Positions 51,274 to 61,199 of a stretch of 64,000 nucleotides of DNA are shown here, in pieces (position 1 is the stretch's first letter; each line of letters begins with the position of its first letter). The notes beneath the pieces are model-generated. The model worked only from the letters and a program-made list of their open reading frames with translations, made no database searches and was not told where the DNA came from. Source of the DNA: Gammaproteobacteria bacterium. Its GTDB lineage: Bacteria; Pseudomonadota; Gammaproteobacteria; Eutrophobiales; Eutrophobiaceae. Where the stretch lies: positions 1,568,001-1,632,000 of the forward strand of contig OZ244905.1 in assembly GCA_965221695.1 (NCBI GenBank), given 5' to 3'. Position numbers and translations under genes: made by a program.

Positions 51274-51312
51274 CTCAAACCAACGAGTCTCCGGGATTCC
51301 CGGGGCGGTTCA
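51274..51312 (+). mobile_element. Solo IS3-family (IS51/IS629-type) terminal inverted repeat
   Basis: CTCAAACCAACGAGTCTCCGGGATTCCCGGGGCGGTTCA; reverse complement begins TGAACCGCCCCGGGAATCCCGGAGACT, as at IS629-type ends. Confidence 0.8.
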
Positions 51313-51431
51313 TTATTCCGTTTACGCGTTTTTGTGAATTGTTGAAATTATAACGCGACAAACCAACCGCAACGGCCACCTTGCCCTACAAGCGCGGGTG
51401 TGTATTGCTTGATTCATTGCCGGCCTTTGCT

Positions 51432-52253
51432 TCAATGCTCTCTGATCCAGTCGATCACCCTGTTCGCCCACGGGCCTTCCGGCTTACCGCAGGCCAGGTT
51501 GGCCTGTAAGTGGTCGCAATCTTCCAGCTCCAGGGTCGCGGTCTCGCCGCCTGCGTCCCGCAGGGCTTGTTCCATCTTCTGCGCCTGCGTGATCAGGTGA
51601 GGGAAGTCTCTGCTGCCCCAGGACAGGAAGAATGGGGGCGGTGTGCCCTGGATATTGCAGATAGGGCTGGCCGTTTCTTCGTTGCCCTCCGTGCCCAGGA
51701 AGCGGGGACGCATGGACAGGCCTGAGCCGGGACGAAAGTCAAATACACCGGAGACGGGTAGGCAGCCGCGCACGACATGCGCGGGCAGCCCATAGTCTTC
51801 CTGCCAGTCTTTGCGCACGGCCATCAGGCTGGTCTGGTGGCCACCGGCGGAGTGGCCGGCGATGAACAGGCGAGTCCGGTCGCCGCTGAGCTTGTCAATG
51901 TTTTCGTAAACCCACCTCAACCCGCTCATACAGTCATCCAATCCCGCCGGGAAGACGTGAGTCGGGGCCAGGCGGTAACCGATGCTGACGAAACCAATGC
52001 CGGCCCGGGTGAGCGCCGGCGCCATGAACGCCATCCACTCCTTATAGCCGCTGGTCCAACCGCCGCCATGGACCATGATGAATACGTTACCATCCGGGTC
52101 CGGCGCCGGGAAGTAGAGCGCGCTCTGATAGGGGTCCGGACCGAAACTGTCTTCAGCGCCGCCGATTTCCGCTGCTTTTTCCAGGACGTAGCGGTTGTAT
52201 TCCTTCGCAAAGTCGGATATGGGTTCCTGTGGAGGGTATTCTTCTGGTTTCAT
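51432..52253 (-). CDS. Alpha/beta hydrolase (HSL/arylformamidase-like)
   Basis: HGGGW, YRLAP, GHSAGG, SGVFD. Confidence 0.88.
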   Translation of the reverse strand: MKPEEYPPQEPISDFAKEYNRYVLEKAAEIGGAEDSFGPDPYQSALYFPAPDPDGNVFIMVHGGGWTSGYKEWMAFMAPALTRAGIGFVSIGYRLAPTHVFPAGLDDCMSGLRWVYENIDKLSGDRTRLFIAGHSAGGHQTSLMAVRKDWQEDYGLPAHVVRGCLPVSGVFDFRPGSGLSMRPRFLGTEGNEETASPICNIQGTPPPFFLSWGSRDFPHLITQAQKMEQALRDAGGETATLELEDCDHLQANLACGKPEGPWANRVIDWIREH

Positions 52254-52502
52254 AATGCTGTCACCTGCCGGGGCAATTTGACGTGGGTTTAACCCGGTAT
52301 TATTCAGTAGAACCAGGTCGCGTCAAGTTTGTTTTTTATTTTCGCATAGATTCCCCTGGCCGCAGTCCTGCAACCAGGTTTTACCCAGATCAATGCCTGC
52401 CACCGTGATGGTCGCTAACCTGTATGTGCGCGCAGAGAGATTTTTTGTAACCAAAGCGGCATTCAGGGATAATGGCGCGGCATAATAGTAATCGGAGGGG
52501 CC

Positions 52503-53684
52503 ATGGAAACAAACACACAATCCCTTGAGTTCCGTCGGGAGCTGGAATCTCGCCAGTTTCTGGCAGCGGTGATCGTTCTCGGACTATTGGGCATTGCTTC
52601 GTTCCTGGTATTACCCTCCCTGGTTCTTGGCTTTGTCACGGACCTCGGTTTTACCGAACTTGAGATAAGCAGAATATCCACATTCCAACTGGTGGGGCTT
52701 GGTCTGGGGTCGATCGCCAGTATTTTCCTTCTGCACTACCTGCACTGGCGGAATTTGTCACGCTGTGGCCTGGCGCTGCTTCTGGCCGCTGATCTTGCCT
52801 GTTCGCTGACCGCAGATTTCTCATCGTTGTTGTTGCTGCGCTTTATTTCCGGGTTTGCCGGCGGCGTATGTGTTTCCTTTGCAGTATATGCCTTGGGGCT
52901 GACTGCCAATACCGACAGGAATTTTGGTTGGTTCATGACCATACAAGTGGGTTTTGCCATCGTCGCCAGTTTTTCGTTTCCGTCAGTACTGGATATGACG
53001 GGCATGAAGGGTATCTTTCTGATTCTGTGCCTGTTGGAACTGTTGGGCTTTATTCTCGTCTCCTGTTTTATGCCCGCTCTGCGCCGGGAAAGCGCAGCCC
53101 GAGCGCAAGGCAACGATCGGTTTCGCTGGACAATGTGCGGCCTGGTGATGTTTGGTCTGCTCTTCTTTTTCACTGCTCTAGGCGCATTCTGGACTTATAT
53201 CTCGCCTATTAGCCTTGATGCGGGTCTGAGTAAGCAACAGACCGGTATTGTAGTGAGCATGGCCTTGTTCGGGGGGTTGCTGGGAGCCTATGCCGCCACC
53301 GCGTTAAATATAAGGATCGGCCGGGTACTGCCGCTGGCTCTGGCTCTGGCTCTGCAACTGTTGGCGTTGCTTCTACTATACCAGGGTTTGGACTACGCAT
53401 TATTCTGCGTCGTCAGCGCGTTGTACGGCTTTGGCTGGTACATGTACGTCCCCTATCAGTTCGCGCTACTGGCTGATTTTGATCGGGACGGTAGACCCAT
53501 GCTGCTGCTGAATACTGTTGCCGGGCTGGGCTCCGGCCTGGGACCGGCTATCGGCGCGTTCCTGCTGGTGGACGGTTACTCCTTGCTCTATCTGTTCTGC
53601 GCCCTGATGCTTGGGGTGTCGCTGGCCTGGCACTTGAGCGCCATCGGCATAGCCCGGAACAGAAATCTGTCTTCGGCGCCTTGA
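52503..53684 (+). CDS. MFS transporter
   Basis: About 12 hydrophobic segments, LRFISGFAGG. Confidence 0.85.
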   Translation: METNTQSLEFRRELESRQFLAAVIVLGLLGIASFLVLPSLVLGFVTDLGFTELEISRISTFQLVGLGLGSIASIFLLHYLHWRNLSRCGLALLLAADLACSLTADFSSLLLLRFISGFAGGVCVSFAVYALGLTANTDRNFGWFMTIQVGFAIVASFSFPSVLDMTGMKGIFLILCLLELLGFILVSCFMPALRRESAARAQGNDRFRWTMCGLVMFGLLFFFTALGAFWTYISPISLDAGLSKQQTGIVVSMALFGGLLGAYAATALNIRIGRVLPLALALALQLLALLLLYQGLDYALFCVVSALYGFGWYMYVPYQFALLADFDRDGRPMLLLNTVAGLGSGLGPAIGAFLLVDGYSLLYLFCALMLGVSLAWHLSAIGIARNRNLSSAP

Positions 53685-53697
53685 AGCCTGTGGACTC

Positions 53698-55080
53698 ATG
53701 AAACATATCACAGAACCTTCCGCAAGCGCTTGGCTGGCCCGGCTCAGGAAGGGCGATATCTCTTCGCTGGAACTGGTCAAACAGACCCTCTCCAGGATTA
53801 ACGAGGCCAACCCGAGGTTGAACGCGGTAGTGGCCGAAGACCCTGAAACCAGTATCAAGCAGGCGCTTGCTGCGGACGCACAACGCGCTAATGGAACGGA
53901 ACTGCCATTGCTTGGCCTGCCGATCACCGTAAAGGACTCCATAGATGTCGCCGGTTTTCCCTGTACCGGGGGATCATTCGCGCGCGCAGAGTTCAGTCCG
54001 TCGCAGGATTCCTCTGTGGCATCGCGTTTGCGCGCGGCGGGGGCGATCGTGATTGCAAAGACCAATGTGCCTGAATATTCCTCTTCCTACGAGACAGATA
54101 ACGCCATTTTCGGTTGCTGCAACAATCCCTTCGATATACAACGCACCCCGGGCGGGTCGACCGGCGGTGAAGGTGCGTTGCTGGGCGCGGATGCTTCAGT
54201 TGCCGGCATTGGCTTGGACGGGGGCGGCTCTATTCGCGTGCCCAGCCATTACTGCGGCATTTACGGTATCAGGCCAACGACTGGGCGCGTGCCGGATACC
54301 GGGACTTGGCCGGAAACCCGCGACACTGGTTATCGCGACCTGATGTGCGTGGGGCCTATGGCCCGTTACGCCGAAGACCTTGCCCTGTTATTACCGATTA
54401 TCTCTGGTCCGGACTGGATAGATCCTTACGCAACGCCAGTGCCTCTGCTCTCGCCTGACAAGGTGACTCTCAATGGGTTGCGCGTCGGTTTTTTCACCTA
54501 TGATGGGGTTGCCAGGGTAAGCCCGGAAACTGAACAAGCTGTCACGCGCGCGGCGCGGGCCATGGAGCAGGCGGGGTGCGAGGTCAAGGAAGCAGCCATG
54601 CCGGATGTGTCCGATGCGACCGATATTTTCTTTTCCTTGGCCGGGGCGGATGGCGGCCTGCGCACCCTGAAAGACCTCGAAGGAGCGGATGGTCGTCACC
54701 ACGCGCAGTTCAAGACCCTGTTGGACGGTTTCGGGAAATCGATGAGCCTGCCGGACTTTTTTGACCTGCAAGGACGTTTTTTTGCGTTTCGAGCGCGCTT
54801 GCGCCGGTTTATGGCCGACTACGACCTGATCATCGCGCCGGTCACCACCGGCCCGGCGCCGCGTCACATGGAAACCCCTTATGGGATACCGCAAGACGAG
54901 TATTTTCTTTATCGGGCGTTCAACTACACCCATATCTTTGCCTTGACGGGGGCGCCGGTCGCCGTTGCTCCTATGGGCGCCCAGGACGGGCTGCCGTTGG
55001 GCGTGCAATTGGCCGCGCAGCCCTTCCGGGAAGATGTGGCGCTAGCCGCGGCCGCGTATTTGCAGGCATATTCAAGTTAA
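53698..55080 (+). CDS. Amidase signature family protein
   Basis: GLPITVKD, KTNVPE, TPGGSTGG, DGGGSIRVP. Confidence 0.93.
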   Translation: MKHITEPSASAWLARLRKGDISSLELVKQTLSRINEANPRLNAVVAEDPETSIKQALAADAQRANGTELPLLGLPITVKDSIDVAGFPCTGGSFARAEFSPSQDSSVASRLRAAGAIVIAKTNVPEYSSSYETDNAIFGCCNNPFDIQRTPGGSTGGEGALLGADASVAGIGLDGGGSIRVPSHYCGIYGIRPTTGRVPDTGTWPETRDTGYRDLMCVGPMARYAEDLALLLPIISGPDWIDPYATPVPLLSPDKVTLNGLRVGFFTYDGVARVSPETEQAVTRAARAMEQAGCEVKEAAMPDVSDATDIFFSLAGADGGLRTLKDLEGADGRHHAQFKTLLDGFGKSMSLPDFFDLQGRFFAFRARLRRFMADYDLIIAPVTTGPAPRHMETPYGIPQDEYFLYRAFNYTHIFALTGAPVAVAPMGAQDGLPLGVQLAAQPFREDVALAAAAYLQAYSS

Positions 55081-55193
55081 TCGCGTTTTCCTCCACGACT
55101 ACAGGGGTGTGGGGTAGCGCAAAACCGGCAAACTTCAGAATATTGTGCTATAAATCTTTGTTACATTGAAAGAATACCGGGGAGAAGATAACT

Positions 55194-57626
55194 ATGCGTA
55201 TGTTGAATCCTAATGTTCTGAACCGTATTTTTCTGCTTTTCCATATTATCCTGATGTCCGCAATCGCATTTTTGCCTACGCTTGCCAATGCCGCTTTGCT
55301 TGAAGAGGTAGTGGTCACTGCGCAAAAGCGCGAACAGTCCGTATACGATGTAGGCATTTCGATCACCGCTTTCACCGGCGAACAGATTGACCGGCTCGGC
55401 TATACAGATTCCACCAAGGTGGCGGCGCTGGCCGCTTCCGTCGATGTCTCCGCGGGCGGTGGCGGACAGAACCAGCAGTTTGTCATACGCGGCGCGTCCC
55501 TGAATGAATTCAATGAAATTGCCGAGGGAACAACAGCCATTTACATTGATGAAGGTTATATCGCCAACATCGGCGCCGGTATTTTTTCCCTGTTCGACAT
55601 TGAGCGGGTAGAAATCCTCAGAGGCCCTCAGGGCACATTGTTCGGCCGTAATGCGACAGCCGGTCTGGTGCATTATGTCTCCCGCGCCCCGACCGATGAA
55701 GTCGAGGGTTATGCCGACGTAACCTACGGCAGTTACGACCAGGTGAATTTCCAGGGCGCCGTCAGCGGGCCGCTGGGAGAGGGACTATCTGCACGGGCTT
55801 CAATCTATTACAACCGTCACGACGGGATCTACAATAATATTTATCCTGACACCGGACCGCTTTCGGCCCCGGCCGTGGGCGGCGCGCCGCCGGGCGGCGG
55901 CAAGGACCACTGGAATGACGACACCATCGCCGGTCGCCTGAAACTCCGGTTTGAACCCAATGAGCACACCACCATTGACCTGATGGCACACGGACATCGC
56001 ACTGAACAGGGAGAGAATCCTTACCAGGAGATTTCCACCATCGCGGTGTGTGACGATCAAGGGCGGATTGTGGAAACATTGATCGCGGCCCCAGACGAGA
56101 CCCGTATCGCCATCGGTTCCGGCGGCGCGAATGTCAACGGCAACTGTCAGCCCACCACAGACACCAGGCCCGTGCCGGGAGGCGACTTCTTCGGTTTTAT
56201 AGACCCTGACGGCGATGGGCTGGATGTCTCCAAGGACTGGGCTTACGATGATAAGGCAGTATTCGAGTTTTACGGCTTCAACGGCAAGCTGACCTGGGAT
56301 GCAGGCAATAACATGACACTGACTGCCATCAGCGACTATAAGAAGTTCGATCGCATTCAAACCACGGATGTCGACGCCGGGCCGACCAATCAACTGGTTT
56401 ACGAGCAGATCACCGATCAGTGGCAATTCAGCCAGGAACTGCGACTGAACGGCGAGACCGAACGCACACGCTGGGTGGCAGGACTGTATTACCTGAACGT
56501 GAATACGGATTTCACCGCCGGCTTCCTGATCCCGCCGGGTTCGCTGTTTATCCCGTTCGGTTCTGCCTTCGGCATTCCTGATGGCCTGCCCTACGACGCT
56601 CCGAACGATGAGAAACTGAAAACGGATTCCTACTCGGTTTTCGGACAATTCGAATACGACCTTACCAACGCTTTGACGTTCACGATTGGCGCGCGTGTGA
56701 TCCAGGAGGAAAAAGATTTCCGCCTGCGCGCATTGGCCAGCGTCAGCGACGATTTAACACGTCATGACCTTGACGATCCCAGGTTCTTTTTCCCCACCAG
56801 CATGGAGGACCCAAGCGGCGCGCCTTATCTCGAGGATACCAGCGACACCTTGTGGGCCGGCAAGCTGCAACTGGACTGGAAACCCAATGATGACTGGTTG
56901 TTATATGCCAGCGTCAACCGCGGAGTGAAAGCCGGCACGTTCCAGGCGCCGCTGCCGTTGACGGGACCGCCATTGCCTGCCGACGACATCGGTTATGACG
57001 AAGAGGAACTGCTGGCTTTTGAAGGAGGCTTCAAGGCAGCGTTTATGGGCGGCAGGGCCAGAGTGTCAGGCGCAGTCTATTATTATGACTACGACGGCTA
57101 TCACAATTTCTCGTTTGTCGGCGTATCCAGCGTAGTGACCAACCAGGAAGCGACCAACTTCGGCGGCGAGATCGATATCGCGATTAATCCGTTTGACGGC
57201 TTCGACTTGATCATGGGATTGGGCGCTTTTGATTTTACAGTGAAAGATGTTGCTTTTCCGGGCGGGATCGTAGGCGATCGCGACCCAACTTATTCGCCTG
57301 ATCTCACCTGGAGCGGGCTGGCGCGCTATGAATGGCCCGTGGCTAATGGCGCCATGGCTGTGCAGATGGATGCCAACTATCGATCAGACTTCTACACCAA
57401 TGTGAACAACTTTGCAGCAAACGCAATCGACGACTCTATCGAGGGCAATGCCAATGTTTCCTACACCGCGAATGGCGGAAAGTGGAGCCTCACCTTCTTT
57501 GTCAATAACATTGCCAACGCCAGGAACGAAACTATCAAGTTCGATCTAGCCACCTTGTGCGGATGCAACGAAGTGGCTTACATTAAACCGCGCTGGTTCG
57601 GAGGGAGCCTTAGATATAATTTTTGA
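55194..57626 (+). CDS. TonB-dependent receptor
   Basis: LEEVVVTAQKREQS, ERVEILRGPQGTLFGRNATAG, terminal RYNF. Confidence 0.95.
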   Translation: MRMLNPNVLNRIFLLFHIILMSAIAFLPTLANAALLEEVVVTAQKREQSVYDVGISITAFTGEQIDRLGYTDSTKVAALAASVDVSAGGGGQNQQFVIRGASLNEFNEIAEGTTAIYIDEGYIANIGAGIFSLFDIERVEILRGPQGTLFGRNATAGLVHYVSRAPTDEVEGYADVTYGSYDQVNFQGAVSGPLGEGLSARASIYYNRHDGIYNNIYPDTGPLSAPAVGGAPPGGGKDHWNDDTIAGRLKLRFEPNEHTTIDLMAHGHRTEQGENPYQEISTIAVCDDQGRIVETLIAAPDETRIAIGSGGANVNGNCQPTTDTRPVPGGDFFGFIDPDGDGLDVSKDWAYDDKAVFEFYGFNGKLTWDAGNNMTLTAISDYKKFDRIQTTDVDAGPTNQLVYEQITDQWQFSQELRLNGETERTRWVAGLYYLNVNTDFTAGFLIPPGSLFIPFGSAFGIPDGLPYDAPNDEKLKTDSYSVFGQFEYDLTNALTFTIGARVIQEEKDFRLRALASVSDDLTRHDLDDPRFFFPTSMEDPSGAPYLEDTSDTLWAGKLQLDWKPNDDWLLYASVNRGVKAGTFQAPLPLTGPPLPADDIGYDEEELLAFEGGFKAAFMGGRARVSGAVYYYDYDGYHNFSFVGVSSVVTNQEATNFGGEIDIAINPFDGFDLIMGLGAFDFTVKDVAFPGGIVGDRDPTYSPDLTWSGLARYEWPVANGAMAVQMDANYRSDFYTNVNNFAANAIDDSIEGNANVSYTANGGKWSLTFFVNNIANARNETIKFDLATLCGCNEVAYIKPRWFGGSLRYNF

Positions 57627-57641
57627 GGAGACTTGATCCAA

Positions 57642-59765
57642 TCAACGTATCGTGATGGGCGGTTTCAGACTTGCCGGAATATATTCCGGGTCGTGGGCGC
57701 GCTTGATGACGTAGGCGTGGATGGCGTCGGTTTCGGCTTTTTGCAGATACCCGACAAAGCCGGGCATGCCTTTATCCAAGCGAACGCCACCTAAGACGAT
57801 GGCATCCCATAATGCATGGGTGGCCGTGTCCATGTAGCGCAAATCCGGTAGCACACCGGCGCTGATGCCGGCATCGCCGTGGCAACGGGCGCAATACTGG
57901 TGATAGAGCAGTTTGCCCAGGTTAACGGTCTCTGCATCGGCTGTATGCGCCGGGGGTGGCGGCGGTTCGGGCAGGGGCGGTAGCGGCGGCAACACATCCG
58001 CGCCATCCAGCGTGTAGGCTACGATCCGGTTCAACGCACGCACGCCGGCCCACTTGGCGACGATGCCCGATTGAATGCCGAAGGCCGTCCCATAACCGGC
58101 CATGACCGCCACGTATTGTTTGTTGCCCACTTGGTAACTGACTGGTCCGGCCAGCACTGCAGTCTGCGCATCGTGCGCCCAGAGCCGTTCACCCGTGTCG
58201 GCGGCATAGGCGATGAACTCGCCGTGAGATGTGCCCTGGAACACGAGGTTGCCAGCCGTCGCCAGCACGCCGCCGTTCCAGGCAATCGGGTACTCCACGG
58301 TCCAACGCGCCTGCTGTTTCAGGGGGTCCCAGGCCAGCAGATAACCCTTGAGCTGTTCGTATACCTCCTTCTGGATAGCCGGGTCTTCCGGCATGGAAGC
58401 GATCACAGGGTCAAGACCCGTGTTCGCCGCGACCTGGCTGAATTTGAATTGCTCCACTTCCTTGTACACCCAGGGCAGGTCCTGGGCCGGAATGTAAACC
58501 AATCCGACGCCAGGATGGTAGGCCATGGGGTGCCAGTTATGGCCGCCGGGCGCAGCCGGTGAACTCATGAACTCGCCCTCCTGATAACGAGCATTGTGCG
58601 TTTCAACAGGACGGCCGGTGCGCATGTCTATGCGCGCAGCCCAGGTTACCTCGACGAAAGGTTCCGCCGAGAGAAGCTCGCCGTTAATGCGGTCAATGAT
58701 ATAAAAGAAACCGTTTTTCGGCGCTTGCATCAGTACTTTGCGCAATTCGCCGTCAATTTTCAGATCCGCCAGCATGATGTGCTGGGTGGCGGTGAAATCC
58801 CAGGTGTCGCCGGGCGCGGTCTGGTAGTGCCAGATGTATGCGCCGGTATCCGCATCAAGGGCGACGATAGATGCAAGGAACAGGTTGTCGCCACCGCCAG
58901 GACTGCGCACGCGCCGGTTCCAAGGCGTGCCGTTGCCCACGCCCAGGTACACCAGGTTCAGTTCCGGATCATAGCTGATGGCGTCCCAAACGGTACCGCC
59001 GCCACCGTATTTCCACCACTCACCAGTCCAGGTCTCGGCCGCCCGCTCCAGGATGGGATTTTCAAAAGGCAATGCCGGGTCGCCGGGCACCGTATAAAAC
59101 CGCCATACCACCTCTCCGGTGGCAGCGTCATAGGCAGTAACGAACCCTCTGGCGTCAAACTCGGCGCCACCGTTGCCGATAATTACCTTGCCGTTGACAA
59201 TACGCGGCGCGCCGGTAATGGTATAACGCCGATCGCCCGGAGTGGTCTGCGCTGACCAGACTTCCGCGCCATTCATGGCATCCAGCGCGATCAGCCTGCC
59301 ATCCAGTGTCCCCACGTATACCAGATTGCGCCACAACGCGACACCCCGATTCACCACATCGCAACAGACATCGATGCCTTTTTGCGGCGGGACCTGCGGG
59401 TCGTATTCCCATAGCAGCTCGCCGCTACCGGCATCCACGGCATAGACCCGGCTCCACGTGCCAGTGGTATACATGCGCCCATCCGCGACCAGCGGCGTTG
59501 CTTCCAGCCCGCGCTTGCTGGGCAGGTCCAGATGCCAAGCCAGCTTCAATGTTCCCACATTGCGGTCGTTGATCTGAGTAAGCGGGCTGAACCGCTGTTC
59601 GTTCCAGGTACGGCCATGGTTCAACCAATTGCGGGGTTCCGCCTCGGCATTCACCAGGCGCTTGTCACTGACCATTGTGACGTTTGGCGGCGCTTCGACG
59701 CGATCACAGGCGTAAAGCAACAGGGATGATACGGCGATAACAGGCAATAAAATATAAACGCGCAT
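57642..59765 (-). CDS. PQQ-dependent quinohemoprotein alcohol dehydrogenase (type II)
   Basis: Lipobox LYAC, vicinal CC in VCCDVVNRG, WDFTAT, QAPKNGFFY, heme c CARCH. Confidence 0.93.
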   Translation of the reverse strand: MRVYILLPVIAVSSLLLYACDRVEAPPNVTMVSDKRLVNAEAEPRNWLNHGRTWNEQRFSPLTQINDRNVGTLKLAWHLDLPSKRGLEATPLVADGRMYTTGTWSRVYAVDAGSGELLWEYDPQVPPQKGIDVCCDVVNRGVALWRNLVYVGTLDGRLIALDAMNGAEVWSAQTTPGDRRYTITGAPRIVNGKVIIGNGGAEFDARGFVTAYDAATGEVVWRFYTVPGDPALPFENPILERAAETWTGEWWKYGGGGTVWDAISYDPELNLVYLGVGNGTPWNRRVRSPGGGDNLFLASIVALDADTGAYIWHYQTAPGDTWDFTATQHIMLADLKIDGELRKVLMQAPKNGFFYIIDRINGELLSAEPFVEVTWAARIDMRTGRPVETHNARYQEGEFMSSPAAPGGHNWHPMAYHPGVGLVYIPAQDLPWVYKEVEQFKFSQVAANTGLDPVIASMPEDPAIQKEVYEQLKGYLLAWDPLKQQARWTVEYPIAWNGGVLATAGNLVFQGTSHGEFIAYAADTGERLWAHDAQTAVLAGPVSYQVGNKQYVAVMAGYGTAFGIQSGIVAKWAGVRALNRIVAYTLDGADVLPPLPPLPEPPPPPAHTADAETVNLGKLLYHQYCARCHGDAGISAGVLPDLRYMDTATHALWDAIVLGGVRLDKGMPGFVGYLQKAETDAIHAYVIKRAHDPEYIPASLKPPITIR

Positions 59766-59769
59766 AACG

Positions 59770-61131
59770 TTATTTATAGCTTAGGGAATCTCTGAGATTG
59801 AGGCCGGCAGCCCGCCTCAAATCCTCGGCGCGCAACTGGGCCTGGTGAATGATCTCCTGTTCATCCATGGTGAGCAGTTTTTTATCCCTGACAACGACCT
59901 CGCCACCTACCAGGACCGTTTCCACATCGGCGGCGCGGGCTGAATAGACCAGGGTCGCAAACGGATCGTGTATAGGCCGCAGGTGGCTTGCCATGGTGTC
60001 GACAATGGTAATGTCCGCCAGCTTGCCGGGGCTGAGACTGCCGATCCGATCCGCCATACCGCAGGCTTTGGCGCCTTCTATGGTGGCCATGGCAAATACG
60101 TCCCGAGCAGTCAACGACGTGGGATCGCGCGTGCTGACTTTTTGCAGCAATGCCGCATCCTTCATTACCTCGAACATATCCTGAGTGTTGTTGCAGGCCG
60201 GGCCGTCACAGGCCAATCCGACGGTGACCCCGGCCCGCCGCAGCTTTAATACCGGGGCATTGCCGGAGGCGAGGATCATGTTTGAGGTGGGATCGTGCGC
60301 CACATGTGCGCCATGGGCGGCAATGGCCTCGATCTCGGAATCGGCCAGATAGATACAGTGATTGAGCATGACTCTCTCATTCAACACACCTGCGTCAGCC
60401 AGGAATTCCACATTGCGTTTTCCGGTGCGCGCCAGCATCAGGTCGTTGTACTCCGGCGTTTCCGCGGTATGCAGGTGGACCCCCACACCGGCATCCCGCA
60501 ATGCGCAGGTGTCCGCCCAATATTCATCGGTAGCGGTCCAGGGCACCAGTGGGCCTACTCCTATGCCGATCCGGTCATGGGCGCGCCAACGCTGCAACAG
60601 CGTCTTGCTGCGGGCATCTATCTCGCCGGTAGTCTCGATAAAGCCCGGCGCAAACTCCTCATCGCTGGAACAACGGAACAGCAGGGCGCGTATCCCCGTT
60701 TCGTCCAAGGCCGCGGCGGCCAGAGCATCGGCGCCGTCGGTATAACGGGAGGAAAAGAATATCTCGCATACGGTGGTATTGCCGGCTTTGAGGTTCTCAA
60801 TGGCGCCCAGGGTAACGGCCAGCGCATAGTCCTCGGAGTCCATCTGCGCCATGAACGGCAGTTGCGCTTCGGACAGCCATTGTAGCAGGGCGCGGTCCGA
60901 GCCCAGCGAACGGCCCAGGGTCATGCACAGGTGGGTATGGGCATTAACGAAGCCGGGAATCACCAGCTTGTCTTGAGCGTCAATGATCGCGGCGCCAGCC
61001 ACATCCGGGCCAGCGCCTGTTTCGACGGCTGTGATTATGCCGTCATCTATCCTGATATAACCCTCGGTAAGCAGAGGTTGCGCAGGGTCGGCGGTGAGCA
61101 GAACTCCACCTCGAATGATCGTGCTCTTCAT
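59770..61131 (-). CDS. Metal-dependent amidohydrolase (MtaD/AtzA/SsnA-like deaminase)
   Basis: PGFVNAHTH, HLHTAET, HDPTSNMILASG, GSLSPGKLADI. Confidence 0.9.
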   Translation of the reverse strand: MKSTIIRGGVLLTADPAQPLLTEGYIRIDDGIITAVETGAGPDVAGAAIIDAQDKLVIPGFVNAHTHLCMTLGRSLGSDRALLQWLSEAQLPFMAQMDSEDYALAVTLGAIENLKAGNTTVCEIFFSSRYTDGADALAAAALDETGIRALLFRCSSDEEFAPGFIETTGEIDARSKTLLQRWRAHDRIGIGVGPLVPWTATDEYWADTCALRDAGVGVHLHTAETPEYNDLMLARTGKRNVEFLADAGVLNERVMLNHCIYLADSEIEAIAAHGAHVAHDPTSNMILASGNAPVLKLRRAGVTVGLACDGPACNNTQDMFEVMKDAALLQKVSTRDPTSLTARDVFAMATIEGAKACGMADRIGSLSPGKLADITIVDTMASHLRPIHDPFATLVYSARAADVETVLVGGEVVVRDKKLLTMDEQEIIHQAQLRAEDLRRAAGLNLRDSLSYK

Positions 61132-61199
61132 GAGTTTCGACGCTGGTTATCCTGTAAACAAGGGACAGGCTTGAAACCTGCCCGCGTCAGAATTTCAGC

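Noticed and set aside
57642-59765. Lanthanide-dependent dehydrogenase
   Set aside because: The active-site segment is WDFTAT, lacking the extra Asp (D-x-D) of XoxF/ExaF/PedH enzymes.
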